A stretch of DNA of 64,000 bases, from the NCBI GenBank assembly GCA_946403075.1, contig CAMIYN010000001.1, forward strand, positions 7,014 to 71,013. Reading direction: 5' to 3'. Below the pieces are notes generated by a model. The model ran no database searches, had not been told where the DNA came from, and saw only the letters and a program-made list of their open reading frames with translations. Position 1 is the first letter of the stretch. Every line of letters starts with the position of its first letter. Positions 27,896-39,340 of the stretch are shown piece after piece. This DNA comes from an uncultured Lachnospiraceae bacterium. Lineage in GTDB: Bacteria; Bacillota; Clostridia; Lachnospirales; Lachnospiraceae. Both the position numbers and the translations under genes were made by a program.

Positions 27896-28198
27896 TTATA
27901 CTAATTCAATGTCATCTCTAATTAAAATCTTTTTAAAAACATCTGCCACTTTTTCATACTCACTATCATCATCAACTATTTCATACTCTGCTATTCCATT
28001 AGCATCCATCTTTACTTCTCTCAAAATAAAACAATCCTCTTCAATGTCTTCTAAAAAATCACTTGCTACATCTTTTGAATTATCCCCAGTTTTTTCCACC
28101 ACAAGCACATAATTTACACCATCAAGAATAGTTTGTTCTATCACTTCTACTACAATATCACCACTATCCCCTTTTAAAACTATTTCACTGCTTATCAT
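27896..28198 (-). CDS. DUF1292 family protein
   Basis: 100 aa, acidic. ...DGVNYVLV......FILREV.......YEIVDDDSEYEKV fits DUF1292, in the conserved position after ruvX. Confidence 0.7.
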   Translation of the reverse strand: MISSEIVLKGDSGDIVVEVIEQTILDGVNYVLVVEKTGDNSKDVASDFLEDIEEDCFILREVKMDANGIAEYEIVDDDSEYEKVADVFKKILIRDDIELV

Positions 28199-28256
28199 TT
28201 TATTTATAAAAAACTATAATCTATAATTTTTTATCTAACCTCCTTTTTTTATATTA

Positions 28257-28676
28257 TTATTTATTTTTATAATTTTCTAAAATTAAACTCGCTGCTATCT
28301 GATCTATATATTTTTTTTGCTCTTCTTTTTTAAGCCCCTTATATGCAATTATTTCTTTCGCATCAAGTGTTGTCCATCTCTCATCTTCAAACAAAACTAT
28401 TATATTTTCACTTATTCTATTTTTTAATTTTTCACAAAACTCTTTTGTCTCACATACTCTTTTACTCTCACTGCCATCTGCATTTAAAGGCAAACCTATC
28501 ACTATCTTTTCTATATTATTCTCATTTATAATTTTTTCTATTTCAACCAAACTTTTTCTCAAAACATTTTTTCTTTTCCTAAAAATCGTCTTTACTGGAT
28601 ATATGAAATCAATTTGTGTATCAAAAATTGCAAGTCCTATACTCATATCCCCATAATCTATCCCAAGAATTTTCAT
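28257..28676 (-). CDS. ruvX: Holliday-junction-resolvase-like nuclease RuvX/YqgF
   Basis: MKILGIDYGDMSIGLAI ... IVIGLPLNADGSES ... DERWTT motifs. Confidence 0.85.
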   Translation of the reverse strand: MKILGIDYGDMSIGLAIFDTQIDFIYPVKTIFRKRKNVLRKSLVEIEKIINENNIEKIVIGLPLNADGSESKRVCETKEFCEKLKNRISENIIVLFEDERWTTLDAKEIIAYKGLKKEEQKKYIDQIAASLILENYKNK

Positions 28677-28730
28677 TTATTTGTCTCCACCATCACTTCG
28701 TAATAATAATGTTAATAAATATTATTTTAT

Positions 28731-28754
28731 GACTCCCAAGGGTTCATTCCCTAC
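28731..28754. repeat. AT-drifted relic of the type-b repeat core
   Basis: GACTCCCAAGGGTTCATTCCCTAC compared with GGGCTCCCAAAGGTTCGCCCCTAC (47616-47639): 19 of 24 positions match, same orientation. Confidence 0.35.
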
Positions 28755-28982
28755 TTTATAAAATTTTGCCACTACTTTTCTAAAATTAGCATTATTTTAA
28801 CATTACACTTTTATTTTAAAAATCATAAAATCTTATAGACTACATAAAAAGATTTAACTAAAAAGCAATCTTTTTAGAAAGTTCATTAATTATTTATCTT
28901 TACATTTTTTCATTTCCATCACTCACAATAAAAAATATCTTTTCTAACGAAAAGCAGTAAAACAAAAGTTTCACGAATCAAA

Positions 28983-29258
28983 TTATTCAAATTTATCTTT
29001 TAAATATGAAGAAACTAATTCTTCAAGTATTTCATCTCTTTCAACCTTACTTATCAATGTTCTCGCATTTTTATAGCTTGTAATATATATAGGATCACCA
29101 CTTAAGATATACTCAGTGATTTGATTAACTGGATTATGTCCTTTTTCTTTTAATATACTATAAACTTGTGCTAATATTTCTTTTACATCTAAAGTTTCAT
29201 TAGCACAAGAATTTAAATTTATAATTTGTGTTTCATCAAAATTTTTATTTTGTTCCAT
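28983..29258 (-). CDS. ireB: IreB family regulatory phosphoprotein (UPF0297)
   Basis: ...[38 protein letters not shown]...RDEILEELV. Start placed at ATG 29258 (MEQNKNF), clear of the mtaB stop. Confidence 0.8.
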   Translation of the reverse strand: MEQNKNFDETQIINLNSCANETLDVKEILAQVYSILKEKGHNPVNQITEYILSGDPIYITSYKNARTLISKVERDEILEELVSSYLKDKFE

Positions 29259-29280
29259 ATGTTTTATTTTACATAATAAA

Positions 29281-30687
29281 TTAAATTTTTGCAAGTAAAT
29301 AATTATTTTTTATTTCATATATAATACAATTAATTATACTTCCAATTTTTATATAAAAGTTAGAATTATTACAAAAAGCTTTCACTTTGTAATACTCTCT
29401 AGTATATCCTACAAAACAATATAAATCATTATTTACACTTTCTATTTCCTCCACAAGTATTTCTACATTTTTTCCTATCTTGCCTCTATTATATTCATCA
29501 GTAATTTCTTGCAATTCTCTTATCATCAAATTAGACCTTTCATCTTTTAAAGTATCAGAAAGCTGTTCCATTTTCTCTGCTTTTGTTCCTTTCCTTATCG
29601 AATACTTAAAAACATTGGGATTATAAAATCTGATTAATTTTGCAAAATTCAAACTTTCAAAAAATTCTTCACAAGTTTCAGTTGGGAACCCAACTATTAT
29701 ATCAGTTGTTATAGTAGAATCTAAAAATTCTTTCCTTATACAATTCACTATATCAAAAAATTCACTAGTAGTATATTTTCTATTCATTTTTTTTAAAATA
29801 TTATCACTTCCTGACTGCAGTGACAAATGGAAAGTAGGACAAAATTTTTCATACAAATTTTTATCCAATTTTATTTCTCGCAAAAACAAATCATTTATTA
29901 TTCTTGGTTCAAGTGAGCCAAGTCTTATTCTTTTGATTTCTCTTATCTCTGCTATTCTTTTCATTAACTCAATCAATTTATTTCTAACTAAATCTCTACC
30001 ATCTTCACTCTCATAAGATTTATTATAAAAATCTAAATAATATGAACTAATATGTATCCCTGTCAAAATTACTTCAACTGTTCCAGTTTTTACTCTACCT
30101 TGTATATCTTTTACTACTTCACTAATTTCCCTTGATTTAATCTTACCTCTTAGATATGGTATTATACAATAAGAACAAAATTGATTACAACCATCTTCTA
30201 TTTTAATAGATGTCCTAACTCTTTCAACATCATTTTTTTCTTTATTATAAATATTATTGGTATGGCTTTCGTTTATAATATTTTTCTTTTCTACATCATT
30301 TAAATTTTTATCATTATTTATTTTTTTAAAATAATCAATCACTATGTTGTATGTCTTGTCCTTGTCTTTATTTGTAATCAATAAATCAATACTTATATCG
30401 TTTTTGCTTAACTCATTTTTATTTGCATCAACCGAGCAACCAATAGCAACTACTACTGCATTTTTATTCATTTTTTTTGCTCTATGTAGCATTTGCCTTG
30501 ACTTTTTATCTGCTATACTTGTGACAGAACAAGTATTAACAACATATATGTCTGCAACTTCATCAAATAAAACTTCCAAAAAACCATTTTCAAAAAAATC
30601 ATTTTTAATTTTTTCAAGTTCATATAGATTTACTTTGCACCCAAGATTTTTATATGCGATTTTTTTATTTGAAAATTTATTATCCAC
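29281..30687 (-). CDS. mtaB: Radical-SAM methylthiotransferase, MtaB-like
   Basis: N-terminal GCKVN.YE...NTCSVT, radical [14 protein letters not shown], and a C-terminal TRAM-like region. Confidence 0.8.
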   Translation of the reverse strand: MDNKFSNKKIAYKNLGCKVNLYELEKIKNDFFENGFLEVLFDEVADIYVVNTCSVTSIADKKSRQMLHRAKKMNKNAVVVAIGCSVDANKNELSKNDISIDLLITNKDKDKTYNIVIDYFKKINNDKNLNDVEKKNIINESHTNNIYNKEKNDVERVRTSIKIEDGCNQFCSYCIIPYLRGKIKSREISEVVKDIQGRVKTGTVEVILTGIHISSYYLDFYNKSYESEDGRDLVRNKLIELMKRIAEIREIKRIRLGSLEPRIINDLFLREIKLDKNLYEKFCPTFHLSLQSGSDNILKKMNRKYTTSEFFDIVNCIRKEFLDSTITTDIIVGFPTETCEEFFESLNFAKLIRFYNPNVFKYSIRKGTKAEKMEQLSDTLKDERSNLMIRELQEITDEYNRGKIGKNVEILVEEIESVNNDLYCFVGYTREYYKVKAFCNNSNFYIKIGSIINCIIYEIKNNYLLAKI

Positions 30688-31604
30688 TATTTAACTCTTT
30701 GCATTGTCCTAAAATTTATCACTTGAACTAAAATTATTGATATAGTCATTAAAATTGCTCCAAATATCTGCAATAAATTTAAACTTTGATTAAGTATAAA
30801 AAAACCAAAAATTGCTGCAAACATCCCTTCAAAACTCATAATAAGTGTAGCAATTATTGGATCACAATGTTTTTCCCCTATTATTTGAAAAGTATATGCT
30901 ACCCCTATGACCAAGATGCCAGAAAATAAAATTGCAAATCTTGCAAGTATAATTTTTTCAACCGTCAAATCCTCAAATAAAAATACCAATATAAAATTTA
31001 ATATCATAACTTCTACAAATCTAAAAAAAGAAAATTTTAATTCATCTATTCCAGATACATTTTTTGATATCATTATTATGTCAATAGAAAATCCAATAGT
31101 TGATAAAAAGCATATAAAATCTCCTACATTTATTGATATATTATCATCAAGATTTAACATAGCAATACCAATAAGTGCTGTCCCTATAAAAAACCACATA
31201 AGTTTAGTAATCTTCTTTTTAAAAAACATAAGTGAAATTATAGGAACAAGTATCACAGTCAATGCAGATATAAACCCAGCTTTTGCTGCTGTAGTCTGCA
31301 TAATGCCAATTTGCTGCAAAGTCATTCCAGTAAACAAAAAAAATCCACAAAAAAAAGATACCTTTATTGTTTTTTGTATATTTTCATCTTTTCTAAAAAA
31401 ACAAATTTTTTTAAACCTTTTTAAATTATCACAAATTATCATCATAAATATTGCGACAATTCCTACAAAACATCTAATTGCTGTAAAAGAAAAACTACCC
31501 AAATGCACACCACCAAGATATTGTGCCACAAACCCTGCACCCCATATTATGGCAGTGATAGTTAGCATTACTATCCCTTTTATATTTGTATTATGATTAT
31601 CCAT
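30687..31604 (-). CDS. EamA/DMT family transporter
   Basis: 305 aa with 10 TM helices in two EamA-like halves. N-terminal LTITAIIWGAGFVAQ. Confidence 0.7.
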   Translation of the reverse strand: MDNHNTNIKGIVMLTITAIIWGAGFVAQYLGGVHLGSFSFTAIRCFVGIVAIFMMIICDNLKRFKKICFFRKDENIQKTIKVSFFCGFFLFTGMTLQQIGIMQTTAAKAGFISALTVILVPIISLMFFKKKITKLMWFFIGTALIGIAMLNLDDNISINVGDFICFLSTIGFSIDIIMISKNVSGIDELKFSFFRFVEVMILNFILVFLFEDLTVEKIILARFAILFSGILVIGVAYTFQIIGEKHCDPIIATLIMSFEGMFAAIFGFFILNQSLNLLQIFGAILMTISIILVQVINFRTMQRVK

Positions 31605-31716
31605 TTAAAACTCCATATGAATTATTACTGATATCTTTTTTTTCATTTTTCTATTAATGTTAATATCTAATGATATAATAAAACCTATAAAAAGTCTAAC
31701 AATTTATCTAAGGTTT

Positions 31717-31856
31717 ACTATCTTGAAAAGGGCTCGCGTGCTTCGCCCCTACAACTTTCACTGCTATATTGCAAACGGGCTCCCAGTGGTTCGCCCCTAC
31801 GGCCCCTACGGTTAACTCTACTATCTTGCTTCGGGCTCGCGATGCTTCGCCCCTAC
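31717..31856. repeat. Three GC-rich repeat units between the TolC-like gene and eamA
   Basis: GGGCTCGCG-TGCTTCGCCCCTAC (31730-31752), GGGCTCCCAGTGGTTCGCCCCTAC+GGCCCCTAC (31777-31809), GGGCTCGCGATGCTTCGCCCCTAC (31833-31856). Confidence 0.9.
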
Positions 31857-31868
31857 ATTTTTTTATCT

Positions 31869-33284
31869 CTACTCTATGTCTATAAAACCATAAGTTCCAA
31901 AATAATAATCATTTATGGCAGTTATATAATTATACTTACTTGTTTTTACTTCCATTTCAGTTGCAAGATTTTGAATTAATAAACCCAAATGCTCGCTCTC
32001 ACTAAGCAAATCATTTTCTTTTTTATTTTCTGTAGCTATTTGATTTAGATTTAATATCTCTCTCTGCAACCCACTACTTTTATATCTTAATTTCATTGCA
32101 GTTAGCTCTTTATACTTTAATTCAAGACCTGAAATTATTTTTTGTTTCGTTGCTTCAAGATATCTTGTATATGTAAACTTACTTGTAGACTCTGGTAGTC
32201 TCTTTTTATTTTCTCCTTTTTTCCTAATGTCATCATAGCTCGTATGACTATAATATGCCATCTCTTTATCAGTATCAAAGTTTATGCCATTTACATAATT
32301 TTCATCTGGCTCTGGTTCTATGAATTTCAATTTATTTATATCCCTTAATGAATAACCAAGATTTATTGCTATCAATTCTTTTACATTTCGCATTGTAGTT
32401 CTCGTGGACTTTAAAGTATCTCTTGTATTCATAAAATTTAACCTATGCTTCTCGACTTCCTGTGTAGTCGCAAGCCCTAGATTCCTATTATTAATATACA
32501 GTTTATAAATTTTATCATATAAATCTACTTGTTTTACCAATATTTTTTCATAAAATTCAAGTTGCTTGTATGACAAAAAAGCAGAACTCATACTTTTTGA
32601 CAACAAATTTCTAACTCTCACTATTTGTGAATTATTATTAACATTTTGCATTAACATAAGTGCCTTATTATATCCAGATACTGCACTATGCAGCTGCGTT
32701 GATGTTAAATCTATAGTTCCTATCCCTATTTGCACCTGAGAAATTCCTGTTTTTATTGCAACTACACTGCTATCAGTATCGGAAAGCCCAGATTGTTTCA
32801 TTAAATTTAATTTCATATTTAATTCTTCATATTGAAGTTTTAATTTCTTTTTTTCTGATGGCAAATCACTCAAAGTATTCCTTAGAGCATCTACTGTCAC
32901 TTCTCCACCACCTGCTATATATAGATTTGTCCTTATCGTATTTTCTGCCGAAGACACTGCATACTTATATGTAGGAGCAAAGTATTTAATCCTGAGTGGT
33001 ATTGTTTCCAAATTTACATTATAATTATTCACTCTATTGTATTCATCCATATTTTCTGCTATCGATGGAGTTGGATTTAGTGGATTTACGAGCTCTATTT
33101 TTCTACCACTCCTTATAATGCCATTTGATACACTACTATCATCTTCTGCGATTGGCATATCAACTTCTGCCACATAGCCATCTTCAAGTAGTTTTTTTGA
33201 TAATAAATTATAAGGATTTAACACACTGCAAATAACAGCAATTATAACTACAAAACTTAAAATTTTAAATCTACAATATTTCAT
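31869..33284 (-). CDS. TolC/OEP-like efflux-associated protein (divergent)
   Basis: 471 aa with an N-terminal hydrophobic segment and long heptad/coiled-coil-like repeats. It sits in an RND operon. Similarity to OEP is judged only from repeat character. Confidence 0.4.
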   Translation of the reverse strand: MKYCRFKILSFVVIIAVICSVLNPYNLLSKKLLEDGYVAEVDMPIAEDDSSVSNGIIRSGRKIELVNPLNPTPSIAENMDEYNRVNNYNVNLETIPLRIKYFAPTYKYAVSSAENTIRTNLYIAGGGEVTVDALRNTLSDLPSEKKKLKLQYEELNMKLNLMKQSGLSDTDSSVVAIKTGISQVQIGIGTIDLTSTQLHSAVSGYNKALMLMQNVNNNSQIVRVRNLLSKSMSSAFLSYKQLEFYEKILVKQVDLYDKIYKLYINNRNLGLATTQEVEKHRLNFMNTRDTLKSTRTTMRNVKELIAINLGYSLRDINKLKFIEPEPDENYVNGINFDTDKEMAYYSHTSYDDIRKKGENKKRLPESTSKFTYTRYLEATKQKIISGLELKYKELTAMKLRYKSSGLQREILNLNQIATENKKENDLLSESEHLGLLIQNLATEMEVKTSKYNYITAINDYYFGTYGFIDIE

Positions 33285-34426
33285 TAGTTCCCTGCACTCG
33301 CTAACCCATTTATTGTTGCCAAATAATTTTGATATGCTATTGCCAAATCAAAATTTGCAATTGTCAAATTAAAATCTGCAATATTTTTATTATACCTTGC
33401 AGTCTCAAATTCTTTCTCACTAATACTTCCCATATTAAAACTATTTTCAGCAAGTTTAAATTCGTCTTTTACATAGTTTGTATTTATCAGTTCAGTATCA
33501 TAAATGCTAAGTTGATCCCTTAAATCATTATATTTTTTTTCTACATCTGCTCTTATATAATTTTCAGCAGAAGACATATTTATTCTATTTTGATTTTTCA
33601 TTTCAGTTGAACTTGCATTTTCGTATTGTCTCTTGTAAATTTCATACTGTATATTGTTATTGATTGCTTTAACTGTGTCCACTGCCACATTTATACTTTT
33701 TATAAAATCAGGGCTAACGAGATTTGGCTGCATAATTATTACTTCATCCGCAACAGATTTACCACAATTTATTAACAGATTTCTCCTTGCATTTTGTAGT
33801 TTAGAATTAGCACTTATCACATTTGCTTTTGCATCATTCACATTTTTTACAGCAAGCAAATATTCCACTCTTGTCGCATTTCCTACATCAAAATTATTTT
33901 TAACTGTTTCATACTTTCTATTTGCTTCTTTTAAATTTGCATTTACCTTTCCTTCTTCTACACCATATTTATAATAATTTATGAGTAAAGTTTTTGTTGC
34001 AAGCACTAGATTTTTTTCAAGCATATAATAATTTAAAAAATTCACTGTGCTATCTACTACATTTTTATCTGCATTTATTCTCATAGCATCAGCTTGAGCT
34101 CTATACATAGCAGCTTGTACCTCATTATCTGTGCTACTTGCAAGTGCATCCAAGCTATCATATGCATCCATATAATCATTATACACATCTGTACTTGTTT
34201 TGTTTGCTTCATATGAATTCCAATTATTTTGCACAGTTGGATTATACAAATTTATAATATCATCTATTTCATCAAAATATATCGTATTATCAGAAAGTCT
34301 ACTCTTTTCTTCATTTGTCCTATTTTTATATAAATGGTCATATGCAGTAATATTTAATGGATATACCACCCCACTTATTGATAAACACATCACACATATA
34401 AAAATTATTATATTCCTTATCTTCAT
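33284..34426 (-). CDS. TolC/OEP family efflux protein
   Basis: 380 aa with a signal peptide. Two-fold repeat with OEP-like segments (..NFDVGNATRVEYLLAVKNVNDAKANV.. and ..SFNMGSISEKEFETARYN..), ending ..AYQNYLATINGL. Confidence 0.5.
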   Translation of the reverse strand: MKIRNIIIFICVMCLSISGVVYPLNITAYDHLYKNRTNEEKSRLSDNTIYFDEIDDIINLYNPTVQNNWNSYEANKTSTDVYNDYMDAYDSLDALASSTDNEVQAAMYRAQADAMRINADKNVVDSTVNFLNYYMLEKNLVLATKTLLINYYKYGVEEGKVNANLKEANRKYETVKNNFDVGNATRVEYLLAVKNVNDAKANVISANSKLQNARRNLLINCGKSVADEVIIMQPNLVSPDFIKSINVAVDTVKAINNNIQYEIYKRQYENASSTEMKNQNRINMSSAENYIRADVEKKYNDLRDQLSIYDTELINTNYVKDEFKLAENSFNMGSISEKEFETARYNKNIADFNLTIANFDLAIAYQNYLATINGLASAGN

Positions 34427-34436
34427 TTCATCTCCT

Positions 34437-37400
34437 CTATTGTTTATTCATTTCGCTGATTGCAACGCTACTCTCTCTTGCTAAATCTTCTATGCTTGCA
34501 CCTTTTTTATGACTAAACAAACTATACAAAACAGGCAGTACAAAAAAAGCCATTAATGTCGAAATTATAAGTCCACCCAAATTGGCAACTCCAAGGCCTT
34601 GTAAGATTTCTCCATTTTTACCATATGCAAGAGACATCGGTATCATAGAAACTATAGTTGTAAGGGTTGTCATTAGTATAGGTCTCATTCTTATAGCACC
34701 TGCCTCTACAATTGCTTTATTTAATTCCATTCCATCATTCAAATATTGATTTACAGTATCTACATATAATATTCCATTATTAACAGCTGTTCCTACGAGC
34801 ATCAAAAATCCAAGTAATGCTGTCATACTAAGTTTTAAATTTGCAAGCCATAGAGCAAAAAAAGCTCCAGTAAATGAAAATAATATTGTCCCCATAACCA
34901 TAAGAGAATACCTAACACTCTCAAACTGTGATGCCATAACCACAAATACTAAAAATATCGCTACAGCTATTGCAACAAAAAGTGAGCCAAACTCCTCTTG
35001 TATCATTTCATCTATTGTACTTGCTGCTATATACACATCCTTATTCAAAAGAGGTTTTACTATGTTTTCCCTTATTTCTGTATTTGATTCTTTTGTGAAG
35101 TTATTGTTATAAATAGCAGTTATATTTGTTCTATATTTTTTATTATACTTTGTAATTCCTGCTGGCGAATCATAAATAGCAATATTTGCTATATCTTTTA
35201 ATGTAGTCTTTACACCACTACTACTTACCAATTCTATTCCCTCTACTTCTTCTATTGTATCATATTCACCTTTTGGATATTCAATATTTACTGTCAATGT
35301 TTCCCCATCAACTCTCATATCGAATAGTTCCTTTCCAGAAAGTATACTATTTAATAAGCTTCCAACTTGTGCAGGTGTAAATCCTTCTGCTGCTGCAAGT
35401 ATTGGGTCAATGGTCGCTCTTATAACTGGTGCAGCATTATCAAGTGAAGTTGTAATATTTGATACATCTTTTCTCTTTTCTAATTCTTTTACTATATTGT
35501 CGTTTACTTCTTTTAATTCACTATAATCATTTGATTCAAGATAAATATCAAATCTATTTCCAGATGGCATAACAAATGAGCTAGTAAATGATGTTGCATA
35601 AGAACTCACATCAACAGTGCAATTCGGTACATTTGATAACTCCTCTGCCCACTCTGTTACAAGTTTTTTTGTAGATTTTTGTCTATCCTCTTTTAAAAAT
35701 GCTATAAGGGATTGTCCTGTTGTTCTTGTTCCCATAGACATACTTGATGCACTATTTGACAATACAAAATGCTCTACATCAGTTTGATTCTTTACAAAAT
35801 TTTCAAAATCACTATAAATCTTATCTGCCTCTTGAAGTTTTAGTCCAGGCTTTGTCATTATATCTATTTTTATCATTCCCTCATCTGTGCTTGCCACTAG
35901 TTCTGTCTTGAATGTAGGTATTAATAAAAATCCAATAAGTAAAATAATTATACTGATAACACTTACTAACACTCTATGATTTAAAAACTTAGGAATAGTT
36001 CTCCTATACCAAGCTTGAACATGCACTACAAGTCCAGCAATAGGAGCTGTAGATTTTTTCTCAGGTTTCCAAAAGACATAAGTAAAAGGCACAATTGCAA
36101 CAGATGATACAAACGATGCCAACATACAAAATACAATAGTAAAACCAAGTGGCTTAAAAAATTGTCCTGCCATACCTTGCATAAAACCAAGAGGGGCAAA
36201 TACAACTACTGTAGTCATTGTAGAACCAAAAACTGAAAAACCGATAGTATTCGTTGCAGCAATTGCAGTTTTTATATAATTTTTTAAATCTCTTCCACCA
36301 TACAATTCTTTTGATCTAAAACATTGTTCAAGCACACAAATAGAGTTATCGACCATCATTCCAACACCCAAAACAAGTGATGAAAGAGTTATTAAATTTA
36401 ATGTGTATCCTGATATATACATTAAGACAAGAGCTGTAAGTATTGAAAACGGAATTGATGTTCCTATAATTACTGAGCCTTTAATATCACCAAGGAAAAT
36501 ATACAAAACAAACATTGATAAAATAATTGCTATAATCATAGTTTGAAATACATTAAATATTGAATTGTTTATATTATCTGCTTGGTCAGTTATAATAGTA
36601 ACCATCAAGTTTTTATCATCTCTTGTCAAATTATTTAACACTCTTTTAACTTGTCTTGAAAGTGAAACACTGCTTGCACTTTGCACTTTATTTATAGATA
36701 CAATCATACAATCTTCCAAATCATATCTACCAAATGTAGTAATATCTTTTTTAGTTACATATATATCTGCAAGGTCTTCTAAATACAATGTTCTCTTGTT
36801 TCCAGTTATTATAGGAATATTTTTCAACGAATCAACTGTATCATACTCAACCTTTGTAGACATCGATAAATCTTGGTCTGCAGAAGTCACAGTGCCTGCT
36901 GGATAGGTAAAATCTGCTGCACTTATTATTGTTGCAAGGGTAGTGATAGATAAGTTATATCTTGCAATCTGTTCTGGCTTTAATTCTATTTTTATATAAC
37001 TCTCTCTCCCACCTGCAGTGTCAACACTTGCTACATCACTTACCTTTTCTAATTCTTTTACAAAAGTATTAGTTACATAATTATATATATCTTCTGTAGC
37101 TTTATTTCTAACAGCAAGTCTCATTGAAGGAACTGAATTCATATCCATTTCTATTATAGATGGTTCTCTCACATTATCATCAAAATCAACTTTAACTGCA
37201 TCTATCATCTTTTTTAAATCATTATATGCTACATCCATATTTTGGTTATAATCATATTGAACCACAGCGATAGACATATTTTCTCTCGATACACAAGTTA
37301 TATCTTTTGCACCTTGTAAATTATATGCTTTTTCTTCGATCTTTTTTGTAACATTAGTATCAACATCTTCTGGAGATGCACCAGGATACACTGTTGCGAC

Positions 37401-37538
37401 CACATACATCGGCATACTTATCTGTGGTGTCAACTCGTACTTGAACTGAACGAGCGACATTATACCAAAAAATATAATACTACAAATTATAAGTATGCTT
37501 GTTATTGGCTTTGTTAGGACAAACTTTGTAACTATCAT
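34437..37538 (-). CDS. RND (AcrB/AcrD/AcrF family) efflux transporter
   Basis: 1033 aa with the 12-TM, two-large-loop architecture. N-terminal ...KPITSILI...GI.SL......ELTPQISMPMYVVATVYPGASPEDVD. Confidence 0.9.
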   Translation of the reverse strand: MIVTKFVLTKPITSILIICSIIFFGIMSLVQFKYELTPQISMPMYVVATVYPGASPEDVDTNVTKKIEEKAYNLQGAKDITCVSRENMSIAVVQYDYNQNMDVAYNDLKKMIDAVKVDFDDNVREPSIIEMDMNSVPSMRLAVRNKATEDIYNYVTNTFVKELEKVSDVASVDTAGGRESYIKIELKPEQIARYNLSITTLATIISAADFTYPAGTVTSADQDLSMSTKVEYDTVDSLKNIPIITGNKRTLYLEDLADIYVTKKDITTFGRYDLEDCMIVSINKVQSASSVSLSRQVKRVLNNLTRDDKNLMVTIITDQADNINNSIFNVFQTMIIAIILSMFVLYIFLGDIKGSVIIGTSIPFSILTALVLMYISGYTLNLITLSSLVLGVGMMVDNSICVLEQCFRSKELYGGRDLKNYIKTAIAATNTIGFSVFGSTMTTVVVFAPLGFMQGMAGQFFKPLGFTIVFCMLASFVSSVAIVPFTYVFWKPEKKSTAPIAGLVVHVQAWYRRTIPKFLNHRVLVSVISIIILLIGFLLIPTFKTELVASTDEGMIKIDIMTKPGLKLQEADKIYSDFENFVKNQTDVEHFVLSNSASSMSMGTRTTGQSLIAFLKEDRQKSTKKLVTEWAEELSNVPNCTVDVSSYATSFTSSFVMPSGNRFDIYLESNDYSELKEVNDNIVKELEKRKDVSNITTSLDNAAPVIRATIDPILAAAEGFTPAQVGSLLNSILSGKELFDMRVDGETLTVNIEYPKGEYDTIEEVEGIELVSSSGVKTTLKDIANIAIYDSPAGITKYNKKYRTNITAIYNNNFTKESNTEIRENIVKPLLNKDVYIAASTIDEMIQEEFGSLFVAIAVAIFLVFVVMASQFESVRYSLMVMGTILFSFTGAFFALWLANLKLSMTALLGFLMLVGTAVNNGILYVDTVNQYLNDGMELNKAIVEAGAIRMRPILMTTLTTIVSMIPMSLAYGKNGEILQGLGVANLGGLIISTLMAFFVLPVLYSLFSHKKGASIEDLARESSVAISEMNKQ

Positions 37539-37548
37539 CTCTCACCTC

Positions 37549-38730
37549 TTACCTATCTTGACTCTCAAATAAATTTTTAATATTCACAGTATCTTTAATC
37601 TTGACTGTGACATTTTCTGCGAGATCACTGTGCCATGTCGCAACTATATTATCTCCTTCATTTACCCCTGATAAAACTTCTATTTTATCTATTGTATCAA
37701 TTCCACTTTCAAAAAACTTTTTCATAATAATTCCATCACTATCTACCACATAAACAAAAGGTTTTGTATTTTCATAATAAACTATTTTTTTGGGAAGAAT
37801 ATAAGTATTATTGCTCTTTTCATATACAAAAGTAACTTTTGCCATAACTCCTGATGCAAAAGTATTCTCATCATCTATAACAGCTTTTATATTAAATAAA
37901 CCAGTATTTGCACTTATTAATTTTGCCTTATCTGTCACCGTTCCTGTATAAATCTTTCCTTGTTTTTCAATTTTTACTGTGTCATATAAATTAATCCCAT
38001 CAAGCACACTTTCAGTTACACCAAATTCTACTTGTTTTACATCTTTTGCAGTAATATAACAAAGCACAGTGCCAGAATTTATCGTTACATTTAATGTCAT
38101 ATCTGTATTCTCTATTACCCCATCGCCTGTTGCAACAGGTGTTGCAAACTCAACTTGAGTATCATATTTTAGTTTTGCTCCATCATATTGAGCTTTTATC
38201 TGTTCAAAACTTTGTTTTGATATATCCCCACTCTCGTAAAGTTTTTCCATTCTCTCATAATTTTTTCTTACTGCATCATACTCAATAAATGCAGCATCTA
38301 TTTGCTTTGAATTGTCAATTTCACAAATCTTATCCCCTTTTTTAACTTCTTGGCCATTTGAAACATATATTTTTGTGATTTCTCCACCAACTTTATTTAC
38401 TACATAAAAAGTATCACTTGGCATAATAGTTCCCATAACTGATCTCTCTTTTTCAATACTTCCTTTTTCTATATTAGTAACATTTACAACTGGCAAATTG
38501 ACAACTGCCTCATCTTCCTTATATGTAATTTTTCTCACAATCATTAAAATTATACAAATACATACAAAAATAACACCTAATCTTAAAATAAGTCCTCTCG
38601 CAAAATTTTTTTTATCTTTTTTTTCTCCATCTTCCTTCATCATAATAGTATTTGTCAAATTTTCTTTTATCTTTTTTCCTTTTTTAACCATTTCGTTTAC
38701 ATTTAAATTTTTCATAACCCATCCTTTCAA
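37549..38730 (-). CDS. RND efflux periplasmic adaptor (HlyD/MFP family)
   Basis: 393 aa with an N-terminal TM anchor. Lipoyl/barrel-sandwich hybrid motifs (..VSNGQEVKKGDKICEID..), a coiled-coil hairpin and beta-barrel. Confidence 0.8.
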   Translation of the reverse strand: MKGWVMKNLNVNEMVKKGKKIKENLTNTIMMKEDGEKKDKKNFARGLILRLGVIFVCICIILMIVRKITYKEDEAVVNLPVVNVTNIEKGSIEKERSVMGTIMPSDTFYVVNKVGGEITKIYVSNGQEVKKGDKICEIDNSKQIDAAFIEYDAVRKNYERMEKLYESGDISKQSFEQIKAQYDGAKLKYDTQVEFATPVATGDGVIENTDMTLNVTINSGTVLCYITAKDVKQVEFGVTESVLDGINLYDTVKIEKQGKIYTGTVTDKAKLISANTGLFNIKAVIDDENTFASGVMAKVTFVYEKSNNTYILPKKIVYYENTKPFVYVVDSDGIIMKKFFESGIDTIDKIEVLSGVNEGDNIVATWHSDLAENVTVKIKDTVNIKNLFESQDR

Positions 38731-38731
38731 A

Positions 38732-39328
38732 TTATTTACTTTTTATACTTTTTTCTATTATTGATAATTTATATTCAAATTCTTTATTCAATACATTTTT
38801 ATTAATATCCAAAACTATTCTAAAAACCGTTAAAGCAATCGTTGTTATAACCATATCTACAATTATAAAAAATTTTTCTTTATCTACATATTTTTTTATA
38901 TCTACTTTTTGATAAATATAATCATAAAAATTTTTAAAATCATTATATAAAACATTACGATAAGAGTATATTAGATTATAATTAGAACTAACATTTTGCA
39001 AAAATAATAGCATATCTTTTTTTTTGATAAAACTAATCAACTCATCTTTTCCCTTTCTCACTGATTTGAAAAAATCTCCATTCTCTTCATCTAAAATTTG
39101 TATAAAACTTTTATTAATTTTTTCATAATAATTATTGAATAGAGTAAATATTGCATCATTTTTATCTTTGAAATATGTATAAAAAGTTCCTCTTGAGATT
39201 TCAGCTTCACTCGTTATATCACTAATTGATATACTATCTAACTCTTTTCCTTTTACTATTGTTTCTATTGAATCAAAAACTAATTGTTTCTTTTTTGGTT
39301 TTAATGTTGTAAATCTTTCGTATGGCAT
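38732..39328 (-). CDS. TetR/AcrR family regulator of the RND operon
   Basis: HTH ISISDITSEAEISRGTFYTYFKDKNDAIF. ATG 39328 is preferred over the track's GTG 39334 because SD AAGGAG lies 5 nt upstream of the ATG. Confidence 0.8.
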   Translation of the reverse strand: MPYERFTTLKPKKKQLVFDSIETIVKGKELDSISISDITSEAEISRGTFYTYFKDKNDAIFTLFNNYYEKINKSFIQILDEENGDFFKSVRKGKDELISFIKKKDMLLFLQNVSSNYNLIYSYRNVLYNDFKNFYDYIYQKVDIKKYVDKEKFFIIVDMVITTIALTVFRIVLDINKNVLNKEFEYKLSIIEKSIKSK

Positions 39329-39340
39329 AGACACTCCTTT

